Assembly: GCA_020050835.1 (NCBI GenBank)
Contig: JAGVKB010000063.1
Span: 1 to 63,421, forward strand
Direction: 5' to 3'
Length of the DNA: 63,421 nucleotides
Origin: Candidatus Obscuribacterales bacterium
Lineage (GTDB): Bacteria; Cyanobacteriota; Vampirovibrionia; Obscuribacterales; Obscuribacteraceae
Numbering within the stretch: the first letter of the stretch is position 1; every line of letters starts with the position of its first letter. A program made the position numbers and the translations under genes. Shown here one piece after another: positions 36,942 to 46,445 of the stretch. The notes beneath the pieces were generated by a model. The model was given only the letters and a program-made list of their open reading frames with translations, made no database searches and had not been told where the DNA came from.

Positions 36942-39008
36942 ATGTTCTATGTATTCCTTGCAGCCGTTGCCCTGCTTTCCGGGCTGGTCGGCTTCTTCAT
37001 TGGAGGCCATCCGGTGGCGCTCGTCTTTACGCTGGGCGCTACCTTGATCGGTCTCGGCATCCGCGATCTCGTCCGCCACCGGCACGCGATTTTCGCCGGC
37101 ACGGCGCTCGCCGCTTTGATCGGCTGGTACCTCGGAGGCCCATCGCTGGCGGCAGTAACCGCCTTGCTGGCCTTTCCGCTCCAGATCGCAATTCATGATT
37201 ACACTCTGCGCAAGAACGTCTTCCTGCCGCTGGCACTCACCAGCACCTTCCTGGTCTGGTGGCAGGCTTGGACTCACTTCGGCGCGGTGCCAGGCCTAGC
37301 GCTGGCCTTGCTCACCTTCTTGCTGCAGGTCGGCGTCAACGACTACTGGCTCCAGCGGACCCATACGATCCGGCGAAACTTCCCGATGCTCGGTTGGTTT
37401 CGTTACGGTTTCGAGCTGATCGGCGACGAGCTTCGCCAGTACTGGTTTCGCAGCGACCTGGAAGGTTGGCCGAATCGCGATCAGGCCAAATACGCCTATC
37501 GCTCCGCCAAAGGCATCAACAACAACCTCGGCTTCGGCACCAAACGAGACTATCGTGCTGTCGGCGAGATTCACATCCTGCCTGCCATGTTTCCGATTCC
37601 CGAAACCGAGTCGCGCGGCAATCGCCTGCCGCCGCTGGTGATCGGTCGCAAGCGCCGGAAGCCCTACTACTGCCCCTGGCCGATCAACATCTCGGGCATG
37701 AGCTTCGGCGCGCTCTCTCCGGAAGCCGTGATGGCTCTGTCCAGCGGCGCCAAGGAAGCCAATATCCACATCTTGACCGGTGAAGGCGGCATGACCGACT
37801 ACCACACCAAAGGTGTGGTGCGCCGTATTCCGTTCGAGACCAAGGCAGCTTACTGGCGCGCGCTGGTCAAGCACTACCTGACATTCAAGCACAGCCCGCT
37901 GCCGCAAAAACCGGTGGCCGAAGTAGTCGGCGGCGGCCGGATCGGCGTTCAGATCGGCCCGGCGCTCTTCGGTTTCCGCAAGTTCTTCATGGACCCGGTG
38001 GATACCGCCTCTGGTAAGGAATTCCGCAAGCGGTGGACCAACGAAATCGACTGGGACAAGATTGCCGCTCTCGGCGACAACGATCAAATCGCTTTCGTCG
38101 AGCTGAAATGGGCTCAGGGAGCCAAGCCTGGTCAAGGCGGCAAGCTGCCGAAGGAGAAGATCACGGCCGAGCTGGCGGAGTGGCGTGGCATTCCCATGAA
38201 CGAGGACTGCTACTCGCCGAACGCCTGGAAGGAGGCGCCTGATGTCGAGTCGATGTTCCGGCTGGTCAAGCGGGTGCAAGATCTGACTGGCAAGCCTGTC
38301 GGCATCAAGATCGTGGTCGGCCAGGAGAAGGACATCCGGGCGATCGCCAAGCTGATGAAGGACACCGGCGAGGGTCCGGACATGATCACGATCGACGGTG
38401 GCGAAGGCGGCACCGGCGCGGCTCCGGCTGCGCTCGCCGACCGCGCCGGCATGCCGATCTTGCATGCCATTCCGCTGGTGGACAACATCTTGCGCGAATA
38501 CGGCGTTCGCGACAACGTAACTCTGGTCGCCTCCGGCCGCATGCTCGACGGTGCCGACATCGCCATCGCGATTGCGCTCGGCGCCGACATGGTCAACCGG
38601 GGACGGATCAACATGGTCTTCGAAGGTTGCATCCTGGCTTACCGCTGCCACACCAACACCTGTCCGGCCGGCGTTGCCACTCAAGATCCTCGGCTGCGTC
38701 GCGGGCTGGATCCCGAGGACAAATACGTCAAGGTCGCCAACGGCAACCTGGTTGCCCAGCGCGAACTCCTGATGATTTGCCGCACCGCTGGTGTCCGCCA
38801 CCCCTGGGAGCTGACTCGCCATCACCTCTCGGTCGTGGTATCGCCGATGGTGGAGAAGAACATGGCCGAGATTCATCCCTACCCGGATGGCTCAGACGGC
38901 AAGCGCAATCCGACGCTCGGTGCGGTCCCTGCCGACGATCCCGAGCATAACGACCGTTTCGGTCCCAAGCTCATTCAGATCGGCAAGATCGAGCGCAAGA
39001 AGAAGTAG
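36942..39008 (+). CDS. Membrane-anchored FMN-binding glutamate synthase family protein (GltB domain-2-like).
   Basis: Signature segments PINISGMSFGALSPEAVMALSSGAKEANIHILTGEGG and ITIDGGEGGTGAAP are typical of the GltS FMN-binding family. About 200 aa of N-terminal TM helices. AAAGGAG RBS before the ATG at 36942. Confidence 0.75.
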   Translation: MFYVFLAAVALLSGLVGFFIGGHPVALVFTLGATLIGLGIRDLVRHRHAIFAGTALAALIGWYLGGPSLAAVTALLAFPLQIAIHDYTLRKNVFLPLALTSTFLVWWQAWTHFGAVPGLALALLTFLLQVGVNDYWLQRTHTIRRNFPMLGWFRYGFELIGDELRQYWFRSDLEGWPNRDQAKYAYRSAKGINNNLGFGTKRDYRAVGEIHILPAMFPIPETESRGNRLPPLVIGRKRRKPYYCPWPINISGMSFGALSPEAVMALSSGAKEANIHILTGEGGMTDYHTKGVVRRIPFETKAAYWRALVKHYLTFKHSPLPQKPVAEVVGGGRIGVQIGPALFGFRKFFMDPVDTASGKEFRKRWTNEIDWDKIAALGDNDQIAFVELKWAQGAKPGQGGKLPKEKITAELAEWRGIPMNEDCYSPNAWKEAPDVESMFRLVKRVQDLTGKPVGIKIVVGQEKDIRAIAKLMKDTGEGPDMITIDGGEGGTGAAPAALADRAGMPILHAIPLVDNILREYGVRDNVTLVASGRMLDGADIAIAIALGADMVNRGRINMVFEGCILAYRCHTNTCPAGVATQDPRLRRGLDPEDKYVKVANGNLVAQRELLMICRTAGVRHPWELTRHHLSVVVSPMVEKNMAEIHPYPDGSDGKRNPTLGAVPADDPEHNDRFGPKLIQIGKIERKKK

Positions 39009-39098
39009 TTCGGTCTGGCACCGACGTGATCCGCAACGAAGCAGGCGCTCCGCTCACCCGGAGCGTCCTGCTTCGTTTACGCAATCAAGGAGACCTGC

Positions 39099-39572
39099 AT
39101 GAACGTAACCTCCGGAAAGATCGACGGCTCTGGTGTCACCCTTCGCAAGATGGAAGCATCCGACCTCCTGCGAGTTCTCGAGATCGAATCTTCGTGCTAT
39201 GGGTCCGAATCCTGGCCGCCCGCTGAATTCATCGAGCGGCTGAACAACGCCAAAGCAACCATCCTGCTAGCGGAAAAAGCCGGTCAGATCGCCGGGTTTG
39301 TCATTTACAGCCGCAACTGGTTCAAGCTGCACCTGGAAAACGTCGCCGTCTGCCCCTTTTTCCGCCGGGCCGGAATCGCCCGCTTGATGGTCAGTCGCGT
39401 CATCGCCGACTTACCGGCTCAAAAGCGCCGGCGGGTAGTTCTGGAAGTGCGCAAGAGCAACCTGGCCGCTCAGTCGTGTTACGAGCAGCTCGGCTTTCGA
39501 AAGACCGGCGAAATTGCCGGCTACTACTGGACCGACCGTGAGGACGCGCTGGTAATGGAATACCGTTGCTGA
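39099..39572 (+). CDS. rimI: GNAT N-acetyltransferase, RimI-like (ribosomal-protein-alanine acetyltransferase).
   Basis: GNAT motif A region (NVAVCPFFRRAGIARLMV, Q/RxxGxG/A-like) and overall RimI size and layout (157 aa). Confidence 0.7.
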   Translation: MNVTSGKIDGSGVTLRKMEASDLLRVLEIESSCYGSESWPPAEFIERLNNAKATILLAEKAGQIAGFVIYSRNWFKLHLENVAVCPFFRRAGIARLMVSRVIADLPAQKRRRVVLEVRKSNLAAQSCYEQLGFRKTGEIAGYYWTDREDALVMEYRC

Positions 39573-39617
39573 ACAACCTCCGGTCAACCGCCTCTTTCTT
39601 CAACTCAAGGAGCCTTC

Positions 39618-40010
39618 ATGAAAAACAAGATTGCGCTCTTCGCAGCGTACGCCGCGTTCGCCACCACCCTCAGCTATTTCCTGGTGCCGAGCTTCTTCGC
39701 CGCCAAAGCGCTCTCCGCACTGGCGTTCGGCGCTCTTTGCACAGCGATGGTCTGCGTCGGTCTCTCCCTGGAGAAGCTGACCTGGACCAATCCTACTTTC
39801 AACCGCGCTGCCGCCGCTAACGTGGTCGTGCGTTTGGTCGTGCGCTTCAGCATCTACTGGTTGCTTCCGGCCCTGGTCGTGCTGCTGCTGGCCAGTCTCG
39901 TGCCGGCGCTCTTTCACCTGGAGCACGGATTCGTCCAGGCGCTGGCCGTCACTTATTTGCCCACCTTTGTGGCGGCGATGATGGATCTCTGGCCGGTCAA
40001 GCAGTTATGA
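39618..40010 (+). CDS. Hypothetical membrane protein (4 TM helices).
   Basis: 130-aa hydrophobic ORF with an AGGAG-like RBS. Confidence 0.4.
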   Translation: MKNKIALFAAYAAFATTLSYFLVPSFFAAKALSALAFGALCTAMVCVGLSLEKLTWTNPTFNRAAAANVVVRLVVRFSIYWLLPALVVLLLASLVPALFHLEHGFVQALAVTYLPTFVAAMMDLWPVKQL

Positions 40011-40105
40011 TCTTTCGCACGCGCGGGCATTCTGTCAGCCTTCCAAGCCGACGAATCGCCCGCGCGCTCGTTGACCACCGATCAGTCTGGAACGGAGGGC
40101 CGCGC

Positions 40106-40981
40106 ATGACAAATCTCATGGTGGCGCTGGTTATTCTATCCTGGGGCATCGCTGGAATCTTTGACAAAAAGGCTCTGGAGAACGGTTCTCTTCGCTCTGT
40201 CTTTTTGACTTTCGGCCTCTTCAACCTGCCGCTGGCAGCGATACTGCTGGTGGTGCTAACCTGCTTCTACCCGCACTGGCACCTTTCGGCAGGGACAATT
40301 CTCTGGGAATCAGCCGATGCCGCCGCCAGCATGATCGCGATCGCCACCTACTACTATGCCATGAGCAGATCCGAAGCGAGCTACGTCCTGGCGATCACCG
40401 CCGGCTATCCTCTGGTCGGTGCGCTGCTGGCGATCCCGCTTCTGGGAGAGCCTTTCTCGCTCTTGCTCGTAGCCGCGGCTCTGGCAGTCAGCGCCGGCGT
40501 CGCCATTGTCGGATGCTCGGACGGCGGCCAAACACAGAAACTTGCTCGTTCCGAGCGTTTCTCTGTGGTGGCGTGCGTTCTGGTTTCGACCATATTGTGG
40601 GGCTTGCTGGGCATCTTCCAGAAGCAGTCCCTGCACTACGGGCAGCCTCTGGAATCAATGCTGGCGATGGCGGCCGGCAAATCCATCTTCGTGGCAGCGG
40701 CGCTGCTGTTCATGCTCCGAGGCAAACAGCCGCTCGGTTTGCGCAATCTGAGGACATGGCAGTTTACCTGGCTTTCCGGCTTCCTGGTCGCACTCGGCAA
40801 CGTCAGCTATATCACCGCCCTGGCGACGTTGCCAGCGGGCTACATGGTGGTAATCACGGCTTGCTATCCGATTGTGATGTACGTTTTCGCCCTCATCCTG
40901 TTGCGCGAAAAAGTCAACTACCTGCGAATGCTCGGCATCGCGCTGGTGGTCACCGGCGCCGCCCTGACCGCATTAGTCTGA
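40106..40981 (+). CDS. EamA/DMT-family transporter.
   Basis: Ten hydrophobic helices in two EamA-like halves. Start at MTNLMVAL after a GGAGGG RBS. Confidence 0.7.
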   Translation: MTNLMVALVILSWGIAGIFDKKALENGSLRSVFLTFGLFNLPLAAILLVVLTCFYPHWHLSAGTILWESADAAASMIAIATYYYAMSRSEASYVLAITAGYPLVGALLAIPLLGEPFSLLLVAAALAVSAGVAIVGCSDGGQTQKLARSERFSVVACVLVSTILWGLLGIFQKQSLHYGQPLESMLAMAAGKSIFVAAALLFMLRGKQPLGLRNLRTWQFTWLSGFLVALGNVSYITALATLPAGYMVVITACYPIVMYVFALILLREKVNYLRMLGIALVVTGAALTALV

Positions 40982-41163
40982 CCAACACGACTGACTCAGC
41001 CTGAACGACCGCGCCTCCACTGAAAGGAAGGCACGGCGTCTCTCGATTTCGCATCTCCAAGTCTCAAACCCGCTGCCGGCACATAAGCGGCAGGGTTGGC
41101 GCAGCGACGGAAGAAAGCTTCTTCCATCGCCGCTTGAACGCGTTTAAAAGGAGACAGACAAAC

Positions 41164-41766
41164 ATGCTGTTCAAGATCGACACCATTCACGGTCACGTCG
41201 TCGAGGACACTCCGACCGGACCGATTTACAAAGATGACGGCACGCCGGTCGACTTGCAAAACTTGCGCCCCTGTCTGGGCTGCAACAAGCAGATCGGCCC
41301 CGGCGACCACGATCCCTGCATCTCCGAACTGCCGGGGACCTACCAGGCCTGCTGCGGGCATGGCCTCGAAAAGACACCGGTCGGCGAACGCCCCTCCGGC
41401 TATGCCGCCCTCAAAGACGGGCGATGCATCCGCTTTTCCGGACTTTGCGGCGGACAACAGATTCGCGCTGCGGTCGAAGCAGCACTCAAAGACGAGCCGC
41501 TGCCCGCAGGTTTCGAATTCGACGCCGATCGCATGTGGTGGGAAGGGTTGACCGACAATCAGCGCAACTACGTCCAGGCCAACATGACCCGCGGACTGGC
41601 CAAGCTGGTCAGTACGGTGACCGGTCAAGAGCCACCATCCGAGCGCATCATCAGCGGGGAGGCGGCCTGGCACGAAGACCTCGACGAGAACCAGAAGGCT
41701 GTCGTCTGGAGCAAGCTCAACTCGCTGCTGGCCGAGCTCGTGCAAGAAGCACTGGCAGTGGCGTAA
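41164..41766 (+). CDS. Hypothetical Cys-rich protein (CxxC...C...CCGHG...C..C).
   Basis: ORF with an AAAGGAG RBS. Contains CLGCNKQ, DHDPC, ACCGHG and CIRFSGLCGG. Confidence 0.45.
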   Translation: MLFKIDTIHGHVVEDTPTGPIYKDDGTPVDLQNLRPCLGCNKQIGPGDHDPCISELPGTYQACCGHGLEKTPVGERPSGYAALKDGRCIRFSGLCGGQQIRAAVEAALKDEPLPAGFEFDADRMWWEGLTDNQRNYVQANMTRGLAKLVSTVTGQEPPSERIISGEAAWHEDLDENQKAVVWSKLNSLLAELVQEALAVA

Positions 41767-41989
41767 ATCGAGCACCATTGATCACCTGGAAGCAGACAAT
41801 TCGATTCTGCTTCCAGGTGACGCTTTTCTACTTTATTTTTATTACTTTATATAGTAACTAGACAGGCAATGTGGCTTCGCCAGAGCTTCTTGTATCCAAA
41901 ATTGCTCGTACGTTCTGGGACACTTTCGGGACATTTCCCGGACAAGAAAGATACGAACATTTTCTATTCTATTTTGGTCACCACAACTG

Positions 41990-42607
41990 ATGGAAAAAAT
42001 CATGGAACTAACGACAGATACCGTAAGAGACTTTATCCCAGCTGAGCGCGGCGAATCCAGTACATTGGCCGGCGAAGCATTGAGCGCCATGGCAGATTTC
42101 AAATCCATATTTGGAGCTGCCAGTGAACAATCCGCCGCCGCAATCAAAGAGCAATTTGGCGATCTGCTGCTGGTCGACGACGGCGCTCTGGCATCGAATC
42201 CGGTGATCGGAAGATCTGCTAACAAGCCCGCCGGTGAGCAGGCCAGCAATCGAGAAGCTCCCCAGAGTCGTCTGATCGCAAATGACACGCCGACAGCGCA
42301 GCGTTCCGGAGAAGTCCAGACCGATCTCGATGAAGACGGTCAAGTTCGCCGAGGTATTGTCGTAGATCAAGACGGCCTGAGAGTTCGCGAGCTGGAGATT
42401 CCCAAAGGCAATACCCCATTAGATGAAGCACCGGAGAGACGGCAAGCTCCCCAAGACCGCTTCGTAGAGATAGACAATGAGCGCCGCCCCGTCGAAGTTT
42501 TTCAATTCGATAATCTTGCTTCTGAGTCTGACGAAGACGGTGAAATCAAGCGGGTAATCGCAGTTGATGAAGACGGACTGCGGTCCCGCGAGCTGACAGT
42601 CGACTAG
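41990..42607 (+). CDS. Hypothetical protein with two repeated D-EDG-x-RR-x-I-x-VD-x-DGLR-x-REL units.
   Basis: DEDGQVRRGIVVDQDGLRVRELEIP and DEDGEIKRVIAVDEDGLRSRELTVD are internal repeats. Confidence 0.45.
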   Translation: MEKIMELTTDTVRDFIPAERGESSTLAGEALSAMADFKSIFGAASEQSAAAIKEQFGDLLLVDDGALASNPVIGRSANKPAGEQASNREAPQSRLIANDTPTAQRSGEVQTDLDEDGQVRRGIVVDQDGLRVRELEIPKGNTPLDEAPERRQAPQDRFVEIDNERRPVEVFQFDNLASESDEDGEIKRVIAVDEDGLRSRELTVD

Positions 42608-42687
42608 GCAAAAGCCAGGACATCTACTTTGAATAGTGGCCTAGATCAGCTACGATAGAGGTAGGCAGGAGTCATCTTGGTGTCAAT

Positions 42688-43023
42688 GTGAAAAGGCGCA
42701 GATACCTGATATCGCTCATCCTGGCTGTCGCCTGGCAGCTGTTGGTACTGCCTTGCCTCGACGATCCGTCGATCAACGACGGCGCCAATCTCACCAAACT
42801 GCATAAAGCTTCTCTCGTAAGCTTAACCTCAGCAACAGTCGAGTTCTCGGCTGGCGGTCAACCGTACACTTCAAAAAACAGTGGTGGCATCAGGGCAATC
42901 GCCACCAAAATATCTGAAAGTTTCGGGTGGATCACCTTACCCCAACCCGCTTGCTCCTTCCTGGCAATCAGAGCCATTCAGCCGGTTCGCCTATGGCTGC
43001 TTTACTGTGCGATGCTGACTTAA
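42688..43023 (+). CDS. Small hypothetical protein, possibly secreted.
   Basis: 111-aa ORF with a signal-like N-terminus (LISLILAVAWQLLVLPC). Confidence 0.3.
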   Translation: MKRRRYLISLILAVAWQLLVLPCLDDPSINDGANLTKLHKASLVSLTSATVEFSAGGQPYTSKNSGGIRAIATKISESFGWITLPQPACSFLAIRAIQPVRLWLLYCAMLT

Positions 43024-43113
43024 ACCAAGCTCTCCTACCAGCAACTGAATATCTCCGCAGCAATTAAATTGCTGCGGACTTAACCTTTTAAATCCTAACT
43101 GGAGTTACCTGTC

Positions 43114-45135
43114 ATGGAAGAGCTCGGGTTGATCCGCGATTTGGCGATTGTATGGTGCGCCGCAGTAGTAGTAGGCACGGTGTTTCTGCGCTTGAAATTG
43201 CCGCTCATCGCCGGATACATCGTAGCCGGTCTGATCACCGGACCATTCGGTGTGCGGGTGATCAGCGATTCAAATCAAGTCCACATGCTGGCTGAATTCG
43301 GTGTTGCGCTTCTCCTGTTTGCCCTGGGTGTGGAGATAACGCTGAAGCGAATCTTCTCGTCAGCCGGCAAGACAATTCTGGCTGGAATCAGCCAGATCAT
43401 TTTGACAATGATAGTAGTGTTCGGCTGCGCCTACGCCGCTAACATCACTCGAGATCTGGTGCCTGGTCTAATTTTCGGATTGATCTGCGCCTTGTCCAGC
43501 ACCGCGCTTGTAACGAAAATGCTCGTCGACCGGGGAGAAACTGAAACGCTGCACGGTCGCTTGTTGGTGCCAATTCTCCTGATTCAGGATCTGAGCTTGA
43601 TACCGATAGTGGCATTAATACCGGTATTGGAGCATCCCGGCTCTGACATGCTGTTGACTGTCATCACGGCGTTGGTTAAAGCTGGGCTGCTGGTTGCCAT
43701 TGTCGGTGTCGGCAGCACTTTCATCGTTCCGAGAATACTGGGATCGATTGCCCGCTCCGGATCGCGAGAGCTGTTCACGCTCACAGCTTTGGCAATCTGC
43801 CTTGGCGTTGCCTTTTTGAGCAAGGAGCTGGGTGTCTCCTTGGCGCTCGGCGCCTTTTTAGGTGGCATCATGATCAGTGAGCGCCCATACGGACATCAAG
43901 TTCTAGCCGACATCCTTCCGCTCCGGGATCTGTTCGGGAGCGTGTTTTTCGTATCGATCGGTCTTCTGCTCAATCCAACTTTTATCGCCTCACAATGGAT
44001 ACAGGTTCTTCTCTTTGTCCTTCTGTTAATTTCAGGCAAAGCAGCCGCTGGTGCAGCCAGTGCGTCGCTGGCCACCGGCAGCCTCTGGAGCGCCGGTCTG
44101 GTCGGAATCGGATTGGCACAGATTGGCGAATTTTCGTTCGTACTGGCAGCAATCAGCTATAAAGCCGGCTTGCTGCCAGACAGCTTGTACAACCTGTTCT
44201 TCGCCGGCGCGGTTGTTACCCTGATGGTATCTCCGGCATTAATGGCTGTTGCTCCAAGACTTTTCTCTAGAATGCCTTTGCTGCGACTCGATCGTAAAGC
44301 CGGTCATGCCGACGAGACTACACCGGCTCAAAAGATGAGATCGCATCTAATTCTCTGTGGCTACGGGCGGATCGGCCGACAGCTCGGAACTATCCTGCAA
44401 CAGTATCAAATTCCATTTGCCGTGGTGGAGATAAGCGCCAATATCATTGAAGAGCTGCATGAGCGAAATGTGCCATGCATCTATGGCGACGCATTCAGCC
44501 CGCTCGTTCTGTCAAAAGTAAACATCAGCGAGGCGGCATGCCTGGTCGTCACTGTTCCCGATGCTGTGGTGGCCGTACACATCATTACCTCAGCGCGCGC
44601 GGAGAATTCCAGTATCAGGATTATCGCCCGCGCGCACCGTTCAGAAGACATCGAACTGTTTCGGGCTGCCGGCGCTAATGCTGTTGTGCAGCCTGAATTT
44701 GAAGCGAGCGTGGAGATCACTAAGATGGCTTTGATCGGCATGGAAAGATCTGGCCACGAAGTGCGCTCCGCATTGAAAGATATTCGCCGTCTCGGCTATA
44801 TGCTGTTCCAGCCCGAGCTCTTGACCGACGATTTCGTCGAGTTTCCGCACGAAGACTATTTCGGAGTTTGGTTTATCTACAACGGCTCTGCTGCCACCTT
44901 GCAATCATTGAATGCCAGGCGCCGCACCGGCGCGACGATACTGGCAATCAAGAATTCAGCTTGTCTTTTGCCTCATCCGGATGGAAGCCTTTCACTCAAT
45001 CCAAACGACCAAGTTTATGTTGCCGGCAAAGAGCAACAATTGACAGCGTTCGAGCGCACCTTTCCGGTCAGCCGATTCTCTCCGTCCATCAATGTTGCTA
45101 ATGACGAAATCTTACACCCCGGTGTCAGCGACTGA
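43114..45135 (+). CDS. CPA2-family monovalent cation:proton antiporter (Kef/YbaL type) with TrkA-N and TrkA-C domains.
   Basis: About 390 aa of Na_H exchanger-type TM helices, then the Rossmann motif LILCGYGRIGRQLG (TrkA-N) and a C-terminal TrkA-C-like region. Confidence 0.8.
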   Translation: MEELGLIRDLAIVWCAAVVVGTVFLRLKLPLIAGYIVAGLITGPFGVRVISDSNQVHMLAEFGVALLLFALGVEITLKRIFSSAGKTILAGISQIILTMIVVFGCAYAANITRDLVPGLIFGLICALSSTALVTKMLVDRGETETLHGRLLVPILLIQDLSLIPIVALIPVLEHPGSDMLLTVITALVKAGLLVAIVGVGSTFIVPRILGSIARSGSRELFTLTALAICLGVAFLSKELGVSLALGAFLGGIMISERPYGHQVLADILPLRDLFGSVFFVSIGLLLNPTFIASQWIQVLLFVLLLISGKAAAGAASASLATGSLWSAGLVGIGLAQIGEFSFVLAAISYKAGLLPDSLYNLFFAGAVVTLMVSPALMAVAPRLFSRMPLLRLDRKAGHADETTPAQKMRSHLILCGYGRIGRQLGTILQQYQIPFAVVEISANIIEELHERNVPCIYGDAFSPLVLSKVNISEAACLVVTVPDAVVAVHIITSARAENSSIRIIARAHRSEDIELFRAAGANAVVQPEFEASVEITKMALIGMERSGHEVRSALKDIRRLGYMLFQPELLTDDFVEFPHEDYFGVWFIYNGSAATLQSLNARRRTGATILAIKNSACLLPHPDGSLSLNPNDQVYVAGKEQQLTAFERTFPVSRFSPSINVANDEILHPGVSD

Positions 45136-45173
45136 GCATACTGAGTCCGCTGGCTCAGCGGCTTTAGGCATCG

Positions 45174-45479
45174 TTGATTCGCTTGAAGAAAGAATCCATC
45201 AAATACAAAGGAGATCACATGGATAGGCACAAATCAGAGTTACTGTTCATTGGCGGAGGAATGTTACTGGCACCGATAGCCGGATGTGGACTGGCATTGC
45301 CGCTATATATGCTTACAAATTCAGCGATCTGCTCCATCCTTCTAGGAACGGTCCTGGCAATGGCCACTTTCCTCGGTGGCTGCTGGATTCACATCAATCA
45401 GCATGGCTTGCCCACAGAAGGACCAACTCCAACAGACCAAAGCAAATCCGAGCAACCAGCTTCCACCACAATCAAATAG
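45174..45479 (+). CDS. Small hypothetical membrane protein.
   Basis: 101-aa ORF with two hydrophobic helices. Confidence 0.3.
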   Translation: MIRLKKESIKYKGDHMDRHKSELLFIGGGMLLAPIAGCGLALPLYMLTNSAICSILLGTVLAMATFLGGCWIHINQHGLPTEGPTPTDQSKSEQPASTTIK

Positions 45480-45745
45480 CAAAGATATGCGAGCACTTCA
45501 CAAGCGGATTGCATCTAATTATTCCTGAGCTCGCAGCTGAGCATTCTGAGACAGAGCCGGTCTAGCATTTTGGCGTTATCTTAACTATACTCAGTGATAT
45601 AGTTGAAGCTTTTTTTTTCAAAAAACTCGTTGAGACTATTAAGTGCAGAGCAGGTGGAGCTCTCTTAGCAACTCACACCTGCTCTGCTGGCAGTCAATAC
45701 TTTCACTTGTCGCCAGCTCTGGTAAATCCCTGACAGCAGGTGATC

Positions 45746-46261
45746 CTACTGATCGTCGTCCGGCCGTCGGCGATCTCGCTTGCGACGAAACGCCTCTTCG
45801 TTTTGTTTGTCGACGCTCCTGCCCATCAGAACGAAGATCGTCAAGAATGACACCATGCCGCAAATGTAAGCAGCCACCTGCAGCCAGCCGACCGTGTAGG
45901 AGGCAGCGATGAACGCTGCAAATGTAAGCACAAAAAAGACAATTCCCAACTTTCGCTCACGGTCGAGCGGCTTGAATTTGCGGTTGTTGACCGTGAAGAA
46001 CTGGAGATCCTCCTCGGTCGGACGGTCATTGTCAGCCGGATACGCGTCGCCATTGGCGTTTTCGTCCCAACCTCCGTTCTCGTCGACAGACTTGCCCATC
46101 AAAGCGAGCAACCAGACGAAGAACGACATCCCCATCAAGACGAATGACACTTGCAGATTTCCGCCTGTGTGACTAGCGAGGATAAACGAGCCGATCGTCA
46201 GAAAGATGAGAACGATTCCGGTTTTGCGGTCTTTGTCGAGCGGCTTGAATTGGTTGCTCAT
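45746..46261 (-). CDS. Hypothetical membrane protein built from an internal duplication.
   Basis: Two copies of the unit FKPLD(K/R)(D/E)RK(T/L)GIV followed by two TM helices: NQFKPLDKDRKTGIVLIFLTIGSF... and NRKFKPLDRERKLGIVFFVLTFAAF.... Confidence 0.45.
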   Translation of the reverse strand: MSNQFKPLDKDRKTGIVLIFLTIGSFILASHTGGNLQVSFVLMGMSFFVWLLALMGKSVDENGGWDENANGDAYPADNDRPTEEDLQFFTVNNRKFKPLDRERKLGIVFFVLTFAAFIAASYTVGWLQVAAYICGMVSFLTIFVLMGRSVDKQNEEAFRRKRDRRRPDDDQ

Positions 46262-46445
46262 AAAGGGATACCCCTTTCGTGCTGATTGCTTCGAAGGCGA
46301 AAGTCCAGGTCGACCGGTAACTTCCCGATCAGGATTTACGCCGCTGGAGAACTTCTTAACTGTCGAATCGTTTCAAGAATGATGACAAGCATCCCCGGGG
46401 GCGGTTCGGCGCACCGAACCGCCCCCAGAAGTAGCTTTGAGACAA

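Noticed and set aside
36942-39008. Calling the 689-aa protein glutamate synthase large subunit (gltB).
   Set aside because: Only the FMN-binding domain-2 signatures are present. There is no amidotransferase or GXGXG domain, and the N-terminus is membrane-embedded. This fits the stand-alone FMN-binding GltS-family protein, not GltB.
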